Below the pieces are notes generated by a model. That model was not told the DNA's origin and ran no database searches. It saw only the letters and a program-made list of their open reading frames with translations. A program made the position numbers and the translations under genes. Source: a virus (lineage: Duplodnaviria; Caudoviricetes). From it: DNA of 40,821 nucleotides. The stretch covers positions 1 through 40,821 of IMG/VR virus record IMGVR_UViG_3300010234_000025. One strand, 5' to 3'. How positions within the stretch are numbered: position 1 is the stretch's first letter; every line of letters begins with the position of its first letter. Below, one piece after another: positions 8,291-18,350 of this stretch.

Positions 8291-9735
8291 TGACTTTTTC
8301 CGACTTAAGCCCAGATGATAAATTAAATGATGCTAATCTCTCCTCTTTTGGAGATCTTTTAAGTGAAAGCATGGAACCGATTACACAGATTAGTGCGGTC
8401 TATGGTTTTGTAGATAATATAGAAACATTTGACGCTACTGGTGGATCTGTCACGGCTACAGATAATAAGTTTGTTTGCAGTACAGGTACTAGTGTAGGTG
8501 GTTACGGTGTTATTAGAACTAAAAGACCTGTCCTGTATAGGGAAGGTCAAGGCTTAACTGCAAGGTTTGCAGCGCAATTTGACTCAAGTGCAGTGGCCAA
8601 TAGTGAGCAGGGTGCAGGGTGGTTTAATCTTACAGACACTATAGTGTTTGGTTATAGAGGTGCAGACTTTGGTATTATATTTGATACTTATGGAGCACCG
8701 GAAATAAGACAACTGCAAGTTACGGCCAGCGGTAATGGTACTTTAACACTAACACTTGATGGTGTTGCATACAGTATTCCAATAACAACAGGTACAGTAG
8801 AGCATAACGCTTACGAGATAGAAACTTGGTTAAACGCTAATCAAACAATATGGAGTGCTCAACAAGTTGATGACAATGTAATTTTCCAAGCAATGGACAC
8901 AAGCGCACGCACTGGGACTTATTCAGTTAGCGGTACGACTTTAGCTGGTACATTCTCTCAAGTAGAGGCAGGTGCAGCAAAAACTCAAGACTTTATAGCA
9001 CAAGCAAATTGGAATAATGATAAAGCAGGTTGGCTTACACCAGAAAATTTCAACGTTTATATGATAAAGATAAGTTATCTTGGTTTTGGCCCGATCAAGT
9101 TTTTTGCGATTAATCCAAATACAGACCGCTATGAGTTAGTGCATACAATACGACCTATTGAAGATGCTATGACAAAACCTAGTATCTCAAAGAGAGCTTT
9201 GAAGATAGGTGTTTATGCTGCAAGCCTGGGAAGTACCACTGATTTAACAGTTAATGGTGCTAGTGCGGCTGGTTTTATAGATGGTGAATCTAGGATATTT
9301 AGTCAGTCTCGAAGTGTTAGCTATACCAATACTAGTGTTGGCTCAACTTATGTAGCAGTATTAACATTGAGGGGCAGTGAAATATTAAACAGTAAAGTTA
9401 ATCTTGGTAGGTTAGTGCCTAATAGAGTTTCAATCGCTACTGATGCTACTAAGCCATTAGAGTATATTTTAGTGAAAAATGCGACTCTTGGAGAAACTGA
9501 TTTTACTTCATACTCGACAAGCTCAATAGCGCAGTATGATACTAATGCACATACATATACAGGCACGATAGAGAATTTAGGGGATGTAGTCAGTCAGTCT
9601 GGTAGTAGACTAGTTAAGATTACAGATCTAGATATCGAATTACTTCTAAATGAAACATTTACGGTGTTTGCAAGAAAAACTAGTGGTACAAACCCTAGTG
9701 TAACTGTAAGTATCACATGGAAAGAAGATGTCTAA
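8290..9735 (+). CDS. Putative virion structural protein, beta-rich (lectin-like)
   Basis: 481 aa, Thr/Ser/Gly-rich; QANWNND and ISYLGFGPIKF motifs recalled from phage beta-sandwich proteins. Confidence 0.6.
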   Translation: MTFSDLSPDDKLNDANLSSFGDLLSESMEPITQISAVYGFVDNIETFDATGGSVTATDNKFVCSTGTSVGGYGVIRTKRPVLYREGQGLTARFAAQFDSSAVANSEQGAGWFNLTDTIVFGYRGADFGIIFDTYGAPEIRQLQVTASGNGTLTLTLDGVAYSIPITTGTVEHNAYEIETWLNANQTIWSAQQVDDNVIFQAMDTSARTGTYSVSGTTLAGTFSQVEAGAAKTQDFIAQANWNNDKAGWLTPENFNVYMIKISYLGFGPIKFFAINPNTDRYELVHTIRPIEDAMTKPSISKRALKIGVYAASLGSTTDLTVNGASAAGFIDGESRIFSQSRSVSYTNTSVGSTYVAVLTLRGSEILNSKVNLGRLVPNRVSIATDATKPLEYILVKNATLGETDFTSYSTSSIAQYDTNAHTYTGTIENLGDVVSQSGSRLVKITDLDIELLLNETFTVFARKTSGTNPSVTVSITWKEDV

Positions 9736-11186
9736 TGACACCATCCCATCGAAAAATAAAGCTATGGCGTGAACAGCCTGTAGAGTTTGTAAGGTATCAC
9801 TTCAATGTAGAGCCTGATAAATGGCAAGTCAGAGCATTAAATGCATTTGCAAATAAAGACACTGAAAGATTAAGAATATCATTACAGGCATGTGCTGGAC
9901 CTGGAAAGTCTGCAGTCTTAGCATGGTGCGGTTGGAACTTTTTATCATGTTATGGTGAGAAGGGCGATCATCCAAAAGGCGCAGCAGTTTCAGTTACGTG
10001 GGATAACTTAAAAGATAACTTATGGGTGGAGCTTTCGAAGTGGCAACAGCGTAGTGAATATCTAAAAGCAGCTTTTACATGGACTCAAACCAGAATATAT
10101 GCCAATGACCATAGAGAGACTTGGTTTTTATCTGCTAGATCTTTCCCAAAAGGGGCAGATGTAGAGACATTAGGTAAGACTCTTTCAGGTATCCACTCTA
10201 AATTTGTATTGTTTTTAATTGATGAGTCAGGGGATATACCTCCACAAGTAGGAAAGGCAGCAGAGCAGGCAGTAGGTGAGACTATAGCGCGTGGTGGTTT
10301 TGTTAAAATACTTCAAGCTGGAAACCCTATCTCTCTTAATGGGCTTTTATATCAATCTTCAAAGTCTAATAAATGGTACAAGATAAGAATCACTGGAGAT
10401 CCTAACGACTCTGAAAGATCCCCACGTATAGATTTACAATGGGCCAAAGATCAAATAGATGAATATGGTGAGGATGATCCATGGGTGGCCTCATATATTT
10501 TAGGTCGCTTTCCTGAAAGTGCGCTTCAATCTCTTCTTTCACTTAACGAGGTAGAAGATGCTATGGAGCGACATCTATCATTAAAAGATTTTGCATATAG
10601 CCAAAAAAGATTAGGTATTGACGTAGCAAGAGGTGGACTTGATAAAACTGTTATATTCCCTAGACAGGGATTAGCTGCATTTAAGTACGCCACAATGGCC
10701 AAAGCGAATGGGCCTCAAGTCTCATCTAGAGTATTACAAGCAAAAGCTAAATGGGGTAGTGAGTTAGAGTTAGTAGATGACACTGGTGGTTTTGGTGCAA
10801 GTGTAATAGATAGCCTTGAACTTGCAGGATATCCACCAATAGGTATTCACTTTGCTGGTAAGGCCAATGATCCTAGGTATTTTAATATTAGGGCAGAGAT
10901 GTGGTTTGAGATGGCCCAATGGGTAAAGAAGGGTGGAGCATTACCGCAATGCAATCAACTTAAGAAAGAGCTTACAGAAGTACAATACTTTTTACATAAA
11001 GGTAAACTTAAGATAGAAGATAAGGATCAAGTTAAAAAGAGACTAGGCTTTTCTCCTGATAGGGCAGATGCACTAGGTTTAACTTTTGCTATGCCAGACA
11101 TGCCAGCACGAAGCGAGCACGATTGGTTAACTGAGAAGCAAAACACTGGAATGAGAAACAATTATAACCCTTTTAAAAATATGTAG
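9735..11186 (+). CDS. Terminase large subunit (start revised to MTPSH)
   Basis: Walker A ACAGPGKS, Walker B FLIDE, AGNP, nuclease motifs GIDVARGGLD and SPDRADAL. Confidence 0.96.
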   Translation: MTPSHRKIKLWREQPVEFVRYHFNVEPDKWQVRALNAFANKDTERLRISLQACAGPGKSAVLAWCGWNFLSCYGEKGDHPKGAAVSVTWDNLKDNLWVELSKWQQRSEYLKAAFTWTQTRIYANDHRETWFLSARSFPKGADVETLGKTLSGIHSKFVLFLIDESGDIPPQVGKAAEQAVGETIARGGFVKILQAGNPISLNGLLYQSSKSNKWYKIRITGDPNDSERSPRIDLQWAKDQIDEYGEDDPWVASYILGRFPESALQSLLSLNEVEDAMERHLSLKDFAYSQKRLGIDVARGGLDKTVIFPRQGLAAFKYATMAKANGPQVSSRVLQAKAKWGSELELVDDTGGFGASVIDSLELAGYPPIGIHFAGKANDPRYFNIRAEMWFEMAQWVKKGGALPQCNQLKKELTEVQYFLHKGKLKIEDKDQVKKRLGFSPDRADALGLTFAMPDMPARSEHDWLTEKQNTGMRNNYNPFKNM

Positions 11187-11188
11187 TT

Positions 11189-11389
11189 ATGTATAACGAT
11201 GAGCAACCATATTGTGATACCTGTAAGAAGTACCAAATATTTTGTAAGTGCATGTACAAATGTAAAGACTGTAAACACTGGGGAGGTGAGGGCGCACAAG
11301 TTACTGCTAAGTGTAATAACGATAATTCAGGGAACTATAGAATAGACACTTATTATAGTTGGGACTGTACTAAATGGAGTAAAAAATGA
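11189..11389 (+). CDS. Cys-rich small protein
   Basis: CDTC, CKC, CKDCKHW, DCTKW. Confidence 0.6.
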   Translation: MYNDEQPYCDTCKKYQIFCKCMYKCKDCKHWGGEGAQVTAKCNNDNSGNYRIDTYYSWDCTKWSKK

Positions 11390-11604
11390 ATAAGCTAGAA
11401 GAGATCTTACCAAAATTAAGGAAAGGTGAAAAAGTATCACGCGTTGCGTGGGGTGATAAACACATCCAGATACTTGACCTTCAAGAAAAGTACATAAAAA
11501 ATAACAGTTATATATTTACTAACCCATCAATAGGGACAGGGTTTAATAAGTGGTCCCCAACACATTTAGATTTATTGGCCAATGATTGGTACATAAAGGA
11601 GTAA
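11386..11604 (+). CDS. DUF2829 / Tad2-like protein (divergent copy)
   Basis: LRKGEKVSRVAW...WSPTHLDLLANDW. Confidence 0.8.
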   Translation: MNKLEEILPKLRKGEKVSRVAWGDKHIQILDLQEKYIKNNSYIFTNPSIGTGFNKWSPTHLDLLANDWYIKE

Positions 11605-11606
11605 TT

Positions 11607-11840
11607 ATGAGTAGTGAGTGGATGAGCTTTGGCAGAGCATTAGAAGAATTAAAAGAAGGTAAGAGAGTTTCTAGAGTTGGCTGGAATGGTAACGGTCAAT
11701 GGTTAGGACTTCAAAAGCCAGATGGTAACAGTATGATGAAAAAACCATACCTATATATTTCACCAGTAGACGGTATGTTATGCCCATGGCTTGCAAGTCA
11801 ATCAGATATGTTATCTGATGATTGGGTACTAGTTGATTAA
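11607..11840 (+). CDS. DUF2829 / Tad2-like nucleotide-sponge anti-defence protein (start revised)
   Basis: MSFGRALEELKEGKRVSRVGWNG...PWLASQSDMLSDDW; AAGGAG RBS before ATG 11607. Confidence 0.88.
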   Translation: MSSEWMSFGRALEELKEGKRVSRVGWNGNGQWLGLQKPDGNSMMKKPYLYISPVDGMLCPWLASQSDMLSDDWVLVD

Positions 11841-12309
11841 TTACAGAGTAGAGCCTCTTGAGAGTTTTCTTTCGGAGGCCATTCCACTTTTTCACGCGAA
11901 TAATAAAGAGATCAATCTATTTGATAAAGATCTTGATTTAGATTTTCAGACATATCTAGAACTTGATAAAGCAGGAATATTAAAATGCTTCACAGTTAGA
12001 AGTAATACTAAACTAGTAGGGTATGCCTTATTTAGTAAAGTTAATAATGCACAACATAAAGATATGGTGGTAGCACATCAAGATGTCATTTACATAATGC
12101 CTGAGTATAGACTTTCAGGGATAAAGCTTTTACGTTATACTGAAAAAGTATTTAAGGAAGAGGGCGTAGATTATATCTTTCAAGCTGCTCCAAAAATAAG
12201 TAGGTTTGGAAAAGTTTTAGAAAGATTAGGGTATACAGAGTTAGAGACAATTTACACAAGGAAGTTATCTAATGGGTGGCAGCAATCCGATCAAAAAAGC
12301 AGCAGCTAA
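11833..12309 (+). CDS. GNAT-family acetyltransferase-like protein
   Basis: KLVGY...DVIYIMPEYRLSGIKLL...LERLGY. Confidence 0.8.
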   Translation: MINYRVEPLESFLSEAIPLFHANNKEINLFDKDLDLDFQTYLELDKAGILKCFTVRSNTKLVGYALFSKVNNAQHKDMVVAHQDVIYIMPEYRLSGIKLLRYTEKVFKEEGVDYIFQAAPKISRFGKVLERLGYTELETIYTRKLSNGWQQSDQKSSS

Positions 12310-12730
12310 AGTAAAAAAGAAAGTAAAAGATGTAGGAGAGGGCAAGGTAGCTAAATTTGCTTTTAACCCTGTTGGGCAAGCTCAAGCTTCACTAGTTAAA
12401 GATACTACAGGAGTTGATATAGGTCAGTTTCAAGCTGGAGCCGTAGAAGGTGCTTTAGCTAAACAGTTTGTAGAGAATCCTAGGCGACAAAAAGAGGCAG
12501 AGCAACAGTTTCAAAGAGAAGCTAAAGCGGCTCAAGAAACTCAACTTGCAGAAGCAGAGAGACAAAAAGAGCAAAGCGAAGCAGAGAAGAAAGCAGGAGA
12601 ATCTTTATTAAGATCTTCTTCTAGGCAACGTAGAAGGCGTAAATCAAAAGGTAGAGCATCAACTATATTAAGTGAAGATTTAGGAAATATAGGTGGTGAG
12701 GGAACTAGTAAAAGGTTATTAGGTCTTTAA
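12272..12730 (+). CDS. Putative small virion protein preceding the portal
   Basis: MGG start, coiled coil, GRASTILS...RLLG ending recalled from pre-portal podovirus genes. Confidence 0.65.
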   Translation: MGGSNPIKKAAAKVKKKVKDVGEGKVAKFAFNPVGQAQASLVKDTTGVDIGQFQAGAVEGALAKQFVENPRRQKEAEQQFQREAKAAQETQLAEAERQKEQSEAEKKAGESLLRSSSRQRRRRKSKGRASTILSEDLGNIGGEGTSKRLLGL

Positions 12731-14484
12731 TGGTAGCTGTATTAAGACAATCAACAGAGCGTACACCCTTTAAGAAGAGACAAGAGTTAGAGATTCTTGA
12801 GGGCCAAATGCGTATAGAGCGCGAATCATTCAAGAATACATGGGGTGATTTAGGCGATTATATATTACCTAGACGTACTAGGTTTTTCCTAGATGATGTT
12901 AATGATGGATCGCGTAAAGATTCTGAGATTGTAGACTCAACAGCTACATTAGCAGTTAGAACTTTACAGTCAGGAATGATGACAGGTGTAACATCTCCAG
13001 CCAGGCCATGGTTTAAATTAACTATTGATGATGATGAGCTTGCAGATGATGCAGAAGTAAAAGAATATTTAAAAGATGTAGAGAAGAAAGTAAGAACTAC
13101 TTTTATAAGATCTAACTTGTATCAGGTGCTACCTATCCTTTATGGAGACATGGGTAACTTTGGTACTGGTGTTGTATTTATGGAAGAAGATCCAGATACA
13201 GCAGTTAACTTTCAGTCCTTCCTAGTCGGTCAATACATGGTGTCAAATGACAAGAAAGGGAAAGTGCGGACTTTTTTCCGTGAGTTCCAAATGACTGTCA
13301 GGCAGATAGTAGAAATGTTTGGGATGATTAATCCATTAAGACCACAAGAAATAATGTGGGATAATATTTCCGATCAAGTTAAGACGCAATGGCAGACAGG
13401 TAATTTAGAGACACAAGTTAACATAGGGCATTGGGTACTACCTAACGAAGATTACAAAGTAGGCTCTCCTATATCCAAATACAAAAAGTTTAAATCAATC
13501 TATTATGAAAAGGGTATTAGTAATACTAATAACCAATCAAGCTTCTCATCACAGTATTATGATAAGTTTCTATCTGAAAAAGGTTATAGTTACTTTCCGG
13601 TAATGTGCGTTAGATGGGAAGTAGCAGGGGAAGATACTTACGGTACTAATAGCCCTGGCATGGTCGCTGTAGGTGATGTTAAGCAATTGCAGTTTGCAGA
13701 AATGAGAATTGCAGAAGCTCTAGATCAAAAAGTAAGACCTTCAATGATTGGGCCTACAAGTCTTAAGAGTAAAAAAGCTTCACAGATGCCAGGTGATATA
13801 ACTTACCTTGACGAGAGAGAAGGTGGTAAAGGCTTTAGGCGTTTATTTGAGATTAACTTTGATGTCAGAGAGATGGAAGCTAAGCAAGATCAAATAAGGC
13901 AACGCATTAGTAGGGCATTTTATGAAGATCTATTTCTTCTTCTCGCTAACTCAGACAGAAGGCAGATCACTGCTAGAGAAGTAGAAGAAAGGCATGAGGA
14001 AAAACTACTAGCTTTAGGGCCAGTACTTGAAAGGATTAACCAAGATCTACTTGATCCACTAATAGAAAACACTTTCGAGATATTAAATAACAGGGATGAG
14101 CTACCAGAAGTACCAGAAGTACTACAGGGTAGAGATTATAAAATAGAATATATTTCAATCATGGCACAAGCTCAGAAGCTTGCAGGTATTGGGAATATAG
14201 AAAGGCTGGTAGGGTTTACTACTCAATTAGCGCAGCTTAATCCTGCCATCGTTCAAAAGCTAGACTATGAAGAAATGGTAGAAGATTATGCAGAGTTAGT
14301 GGGATCGCCTGTTAAACACGTAAAGACTAAAGAGCAAATGGCAGAGCTACAAGCAATACAAGAGCAGAATGAAGCAGATCTACAAGAATCTGCAGAAGCA
14401 GTAGAGATGGCCAAAACAGCTAAGACCTTAAGCGAAACACAAACAAATGAAGATACAGCATTAGATCAACTACTGGGGGAGTAA
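12730..14484 (+). CDS. Portal (head-tail connector) protein
   Basis: SGMMTGVTSPARPWF, TAREVEERHEEKLLALGPVLER. Confidence 0.96.
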   Translation: MVAVLRQSTERTPFKKRQELEILEGQMRIERESFKNTWGDLGDYILPRRTRFFLDDVNDGSRKDSEIVDSTATLAVRTLQSGMMTGVTSPARPWFKLTIDDDELADDAEVKEYLKDVEKKVRTTFIRSNLYQVLPILYGDMGNFGTGVVFMEEDPDTAVNFQSFLVGQYMVSNDKKGKVRTFFREFQMTVRQIVEMFGMINPLRPQEIMWDNISDQVKTQWQTGNLETQVNIGHWVLPNEDYKVGSPISKYKKFKSIYYEKGISNTNNQSSFSSQYYDKFLSEKGYSYFPVMCVRWEVAGEDTYGTNSPGMVAVGDVKQLQFAEMRIAEALDQKVRPSMIGPTSLKSKKASQMPGDITYLDEREGGKGFRRLFEINFDVREMEAKQDQIRQRISRAFYEDLFLLLANSDRRQITAREVEERHEEKLLALGPVLERINQDLLDPLIENTFEILNNRDELPEVPEVLQGRDYKIEYISIMAQAQKLAGIGNIERLVGFTTQLAQLNPAIVQKLDYEEMVEDYAELVGSPVKHVKTKEQMAELQAIQEQNEADLQESAEAVEMAKTAKTLSETQTNEDTALDQLLGE

Positions 14485-14778
14485 TTGGACTTAAATGATC
14501 CTAAGCAGATTGCGGAAGCGGAGCAGCGTGAATTAGATATAAGAGAAAAAGAATTGAACGATATAAGAGCAATGCTATCAACTAAAGCAGGGCTACGTTT
14601 TATCTGGAGACTCTTGGAAAGCTGTAATACTTTTAATACAATTTTTGAATACGAGTCTAATAAGATGGCTTACAATTCTGGTAAACAGGATATAGGTCAT
14701 TTTATCATGGCCGAAATAGTAGAGGCCGATGAAGGCTTATTGTTTAAAATGATGAAAATGAATAAGGAGACAAGATGA
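14485..14778 (+). CDS. Bbp19-like head-region protein
   Basis: MLSTKAGLRFIWRLLE...MAYNSGKQDIG; position after the portal. Confidence 0.8.
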   Translation: MDLNDPKQIAEAEQRELDIREKELNDIRAMLSTKAGLRFIWRLLESCNTFNTIFEYESNKMAYNSGKQDIGHFIMAEIVEADEGLLFKMMKMNKETR

Positions 14779-15455
14779 CCATGGAGACAACTGGAGATGT
14801 AGTAACTGTTAGTACTGGAGAGTTAACACCAGAAGAAAAACCAGCAGAGCTAGAATCTGTTACCAAAGAAACAGAAGATGTATTATACTCAAAAGAAGAA
14901 ACTACGGTAGAACCTGAGAGCAAAGTAGACACCCCTAGTGAAGAACCTAATGAGGATGAAGTAGCAAAAGGGGATGATGAAAAAGCAGAAGGCGATAATG
15001 ATGTAGTTTATGACTTAAAATTGTCTGATGATAATGTACTAGGGCAGGATGAATTAAATAGTGTCCTAGAGTTTGCTAAAGAAAATAAGCTTGCGCCTGA
15101 ATTGGCCGAAGCGGTTTGGAAAAGAGAAAACGAATTATTATCAAAACTAGGTGACGCAGAGTCTAAAAGACAAGATGATGAGCTAAAGGAATGGCGATCC
15201 TCAGTTATTAACGATCCAGATATGGGTGGTGAAAAATTGAAGATAACTACAGAAAACGCAAGGAGAGCAGTGAAAACATTCGGTAGTGAAGATTTTACTA
15301 AAGTCCTAAATGAGACAGGCTATGGGGATCACCCCGAAATAGTCCGTTTTCTTTCTAATATTGGCTCTCTTATGAATGATGATGCATTGATTCTACCTAC
15401 TAGGATGGGATCAAAACCTAAAACAGCAGAAGAATTATTTTATGGATCAAATTAA
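14775..15455 (+). CDS. Capsid scaffolding protein
   Basis: Acidic; LNETGYGDHPEIVRFL; precedes the major capsid gene. Confidence 0.85.
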   Translation: MTMETTGDVVTVSTGELTPEEKPAELESVTKETEDVLYSKEETTVEPESKVDTPSEEPNEDEVAKGDDEKAEGDNDVVYDLKLSDDNVLGQDELNSVLEFAKENKLAPELAEAVWKRENELLSKLGDAESKRQDDELKEWRSSVINDPDMGGEKLKITTENARRAVKTFGSEDFTKVLNETGYGDHPEIVRFLSNIGSLMNDDALILPTRMGSKPKTAEELFYGSN

Positions 15456-15470
15456 CTAGGAGAAAATTAA

Positions 15471-16469
15471 ATGGCAACTTTATCAAGTAATGCTTTAACT
15501 TTGGCAGACCATGCCAAGCGTGTAGATCCTGATGGAAAAACACCAAAAATCGTAGAGCTACTAGCTCAGACAAATGAAATCTTAAATGACATGATGTTCA
15601 TTGAAGGAAATTTACCAACGGGAAATAGGTGCGTTATACGTACAGGACTTCCGACCGTTTATTGGAAGCTACTAAACCAAGGTGTAGCACCTAGTAAATC
15701 ATTAACTGCGCAAGTTGATGAACAGTGTGGCATGCTAGAGGCATGGAGTGAAGTAGATAAGGATGTAGCAGAGCTTAACGGTAATGTAAACTCTTTTAGA
15801 CTTTCAGAAGCATCAGCTTTTATTGAAGCGATGAATCAAGAGATGTCCTCTACTTGTATCTATGGTAACTCATCTGTAGCACCAGAAGAATATACAGGTT
15901 TAGCGGTTAGATACTCAGACCTTTCAGCTACTAATGCTCAAAACATTTTAGATGCTGGTGGGACTGGATCTGATAACTCTTCTGCATGGCTTGTAGTATG
16001 GGGTGAGCAAACTTGTCACGGTATCTTTCCAAAGGGTACTAAAGCTGGTTTAGAGCATGAGGATCTAGGTCTAACTACTGTTCAAGATACTAACGGTATT
16101 GCAGGTAACAGACTTAGAGCTTATCAAGATAGATTTCATTGGAAGGTTGGACTTTCAGTTAAAGATTGGAGATATGTAGTACGTATTTGTAACATTGATA
16201 TTTCTAACCTTGTAGCTAAGTCATCTGCTGCAGATCTAATTGATTTAATGATTAAGGCGATTCATAGAATACCTAATCTAAATCTAGGCAGACCTGTATT
16301 CTATATGAATAGGACTCTATCACAAATGCTAGACATCCAAAGAAGAGATGATGTAGCTGGTGGTGGTATGACTTATAAGGATGTTGATGGAAAAATCATG
16401 ATGAATTTCAGAAATATCCCTGTTAGAACGGTTGACTCGTTAACTGAAACAGAAGCAAGAGTAGTTTGA
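15471..16469 (+). CDS. Major capsid protein (epsilon15/BPP-1 type)
   Basis: IVELLAQTNEILNDM..EGNLPTG...KDWRYVVRICNID. Confidence 0.95.
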   Translation: MATLSSNALTLADHAKRVDPDGKTPKIVELLAQTNEILNDMMFIEGNLPTGNRCVIRTGLPTVYWKLLNQGVAPSKSLTAQVDEQCGMLEAWSEVDKDVAELNGNVNSFRLSEASAFIEAMNQEMSSTCIYGNSSVAPEEYTGLAVRYSDLSATNAQNILDAGGTGSDNSSAWLVVWGEQTCHGIFPKGTKAGLEHEDLGLTTVQDTNGIAGNRLRAYQDRFHWKVGLSVKDWRYVVRICNIDISNLVAKSSAADLIDLMIKAIHRIPNLNLGRPVFYMNRTLSQMLDIQRRDDVAGGGMTYKDVDGKIMMNFRNIPVRTVDSLTETEARVV

Positions 16470-16493
16470 TTATTATTATTAAGGAGAATAAAA

Positions 16494-16925
16494 ATGATTT
16501 TAGATAGTTTTTTACAATTTTCAGATGCACAGGCCTTAACGGCCACTGCTGCATCTACAAATGTAGTAGACCTTGGCGGTGATAACAATGTAGGTATCGG
16601 TGAGCCAATGGTTGTTGCTATTAATTTAACGGTAGCTGCTGATGACACTACTGGTGATGAGACTTACAGTGTTGCGCTTCAAACAGATGATAATGACGCA
16701 TTTTCATCTGCAACAGAGCTAGGCACTGCGACTATTACTAGAGGTGATGCTGCAGGATCGAAGTATTATATCTCAGTACCTCCTACAGAGAGTGCAGAGA
16801 GATACTTGAGATTAAACTTTACATTAGGGGGAACTACTCCAACAGTTACTCTTGATGCACATCTGATCCCACAGAGTCATGTACAAAATGATGTATATTA
16901 CGCTGATGGTTTCACTATTTCTTAA
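16494..16925 (+). CDS. Bbp16-like capsid cement protein
   Basis: MILDSFLQFSDAQALTATAASTNVVDLG...ERYLRLNF. Confidence 0.9.
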   Translation: MILDSFLQFSDAQALTATAASTNVVDLGGDNNVGIGEPMVVAINLTVAADDTTGDETYSVALQTDDNDAFSSATELGTATITRGDAAGSKYYISVPPTESAERYLRLNFTLGGTTPTVTLDAHLIPQSHVQNDVYYADGFTIS

Positions 16926-16936
16926 AGGAGAGTTAA

Positions 16937-17128
16937 GTGAAGGTTAAAGCTAAAAGACTAGGTTTTTACGGTAATAAAAGAAGAAGAGAAGGAGATAGCT
17001 TTTTTTTAAAGAGTGATAAAGACTTCTCGGATAAATGGATGGTTAAGGAAAGTAAAGCTTCTAAAAAGCCTGCACCTAGAAAACCTGAGAAACCTGCGAG
17101 CGTAGATAATAACAAAGACGTTATTTAA
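16937..17128 (+). CDS. Small basic head-region protein
   Basis: GGAG RBS; GFYGNKRRREGD.F...KWM. Confidence 0.75.
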   Translation: MKVKAKRLGFYGNKRRREGDSFFLKSDKDFSDKWMVKESKASKKPAPRKPEKPASVDNNKDVI

Positions 17129-17137
17129 TAATTCACG

Positions 17138-17165
17138 GAGGCGGCGAATGTCGCCTCTTTTTTTT
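17138..17165 (+). terminator. Rho-independent terminator after the capsid genes
   Basis: GAGGCGGC-GAAT-GTCGCCTC followed by T8. Confidence 0.9.
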
Positions 17166-17176
17166 AAGAGGTAAGC

Positions 17177-17434
17177 ATGTCAAATAATGTAAAGTACAAA
17201 GAGGATAGTTATAGAGGTGGAGCAGCAGTTACTCCTAGTGACTCGGTAAATTTTGCAGATCCGGTAAGTGCTCTTTATATAGGTGGTGCAGGCTCAGGTA
17301 ACTTAACTGTAGTTTGCTCAGATGGTAATGTTGTGGCCTTTGCAGGATTAACAGCAAATACTATTCTTCCAATCTGTGCGACAAGAGTTAATGCTACTGG
17401 TACAGATGTAACTAGTATTGTAGGCCTTAAGTAA
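17177..17434 (+). CDS. Head spike base protein (RcGTA Rcc01079-like)
   Basis: AVTPSD...ALYIGGAG.GNL.V...ILPI..TRVNATGT...IVGL. Confidence 0.8.
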   Translation: MSNNVKYKEDSYRGGAAVTPSDSVNFADPVSALYIGGAGSGNLTVVCSDGNVVAFAGLTANTILPICATRVNATGTDVTSIVGLK

Positions 17435-18039
17435 TGGCCAATAAAACAGTACTATCAAATATGGCCCTATCTAACCTGGGCACTGCTAAAGAGATAGCAG
17501 ACTTAGATACTGATAAATCAGAAGAAGCTAACGCTTGTAGGCGTTACTTTGATTTTGCACTTAAATCTACTTTAAGTGATTTATACTGGACCTTCGCAAC
17601 ACGATACGCGACATTGAATTTAATAACTTCTAACCCTAATGATGAATGGAGTTATAGCTATAGATACCCTTCTGACTGTTTAGACTTTAGAAGGATTTTA
17701 TCAGGTGAAAGAAACGATACTCAATCTACAAGAATACCCTACAAGATAGGCAGTGATGATGTAGGTTTAATTATATATACAGATAAAGAAAATGCAGAAT
17801 GTGAATATACAGCTAATATAAGCAACACTGCGTTATTCCCTAACGAGTTTGACCTAGCATTTTCTTTTAGGTTATCTACATATATCGCTCCAAGAGTTAC
17901 AGATGGAGATCCATTTAAGCTAAGAGATGATATGCAGGCCCAGTATGTTGTAGAGCTAGGCAATGCTAAGAAGAAAAACATGAATGAAGAAGTATCAGAT
18001 CCAAAACCACAAGCTGATTCTGTAAGAGCTAGGAGATAA
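17434..18039 (+). CDS. Tail tubular protein A / adaptor
   Basis: NMALSNLG...WTFA...YRYPSDCL. Confidence 0.88.
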   Translation: MANKTVLSNMALSNLGTAKEIADLDTDKSEEANACRRYFDFALKSTLSDLYWTFATRYATLNLITSNPNDEWSYSYRYPSDCLDFRRILSGERNDTQSTRIPYKIGSDDVGLIIYTDKENAECEYTANISNTALFPNEFDLAFSFRLSTYIAPRVTDGDPFKLRDDMQAQYVVELGNAKKKNMNEEVSDPKPQADSVRARR

Positions 18040-18041
18040 TC

Positions 18042-18350
18042 ATGCCAGATATGAGACTGACAGAAGAAGAGAAGAAAGATTTTAGTACACCTCAAGCTCC
18101 TAAAGCTCCTCAATATCCTTACGGATTAAGAATAACTCTACAAAAAGAGCAGCTTGAGAGACTTGGTTTGAGTAAGCCAGAGATGGATAAAGAGTTAAAA
18201 TTTGAAGCAAGTGCAAAAGTCGTTTCTATTAGTGCTGAAAATGAAGTAGGTGATGAAAACGATTTAAGGGTAGAGCTTCAAATAACAGAAATGTATTTAA
18301 AGAAAGAAGAAAAAGATCAATCTATAGAGTCGGTAATTTATAGAGTATGA
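18042..18350 (+). CDS. Capsid staple-like protein (epsilon15 gp10-like)
   Basis: PQYPYGLRITL..EQLERLGL...ELQITEM. Confidence 0.75.
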   Translation: MPDMRLTEEEKKDFSTPQAPKAPQYPYGLRITLQKEQLERLGLSKPEMDKELKFEASAKVVSISAENEVGDENDLRVELQITEMYLKKEEKDQSIESVIYRV

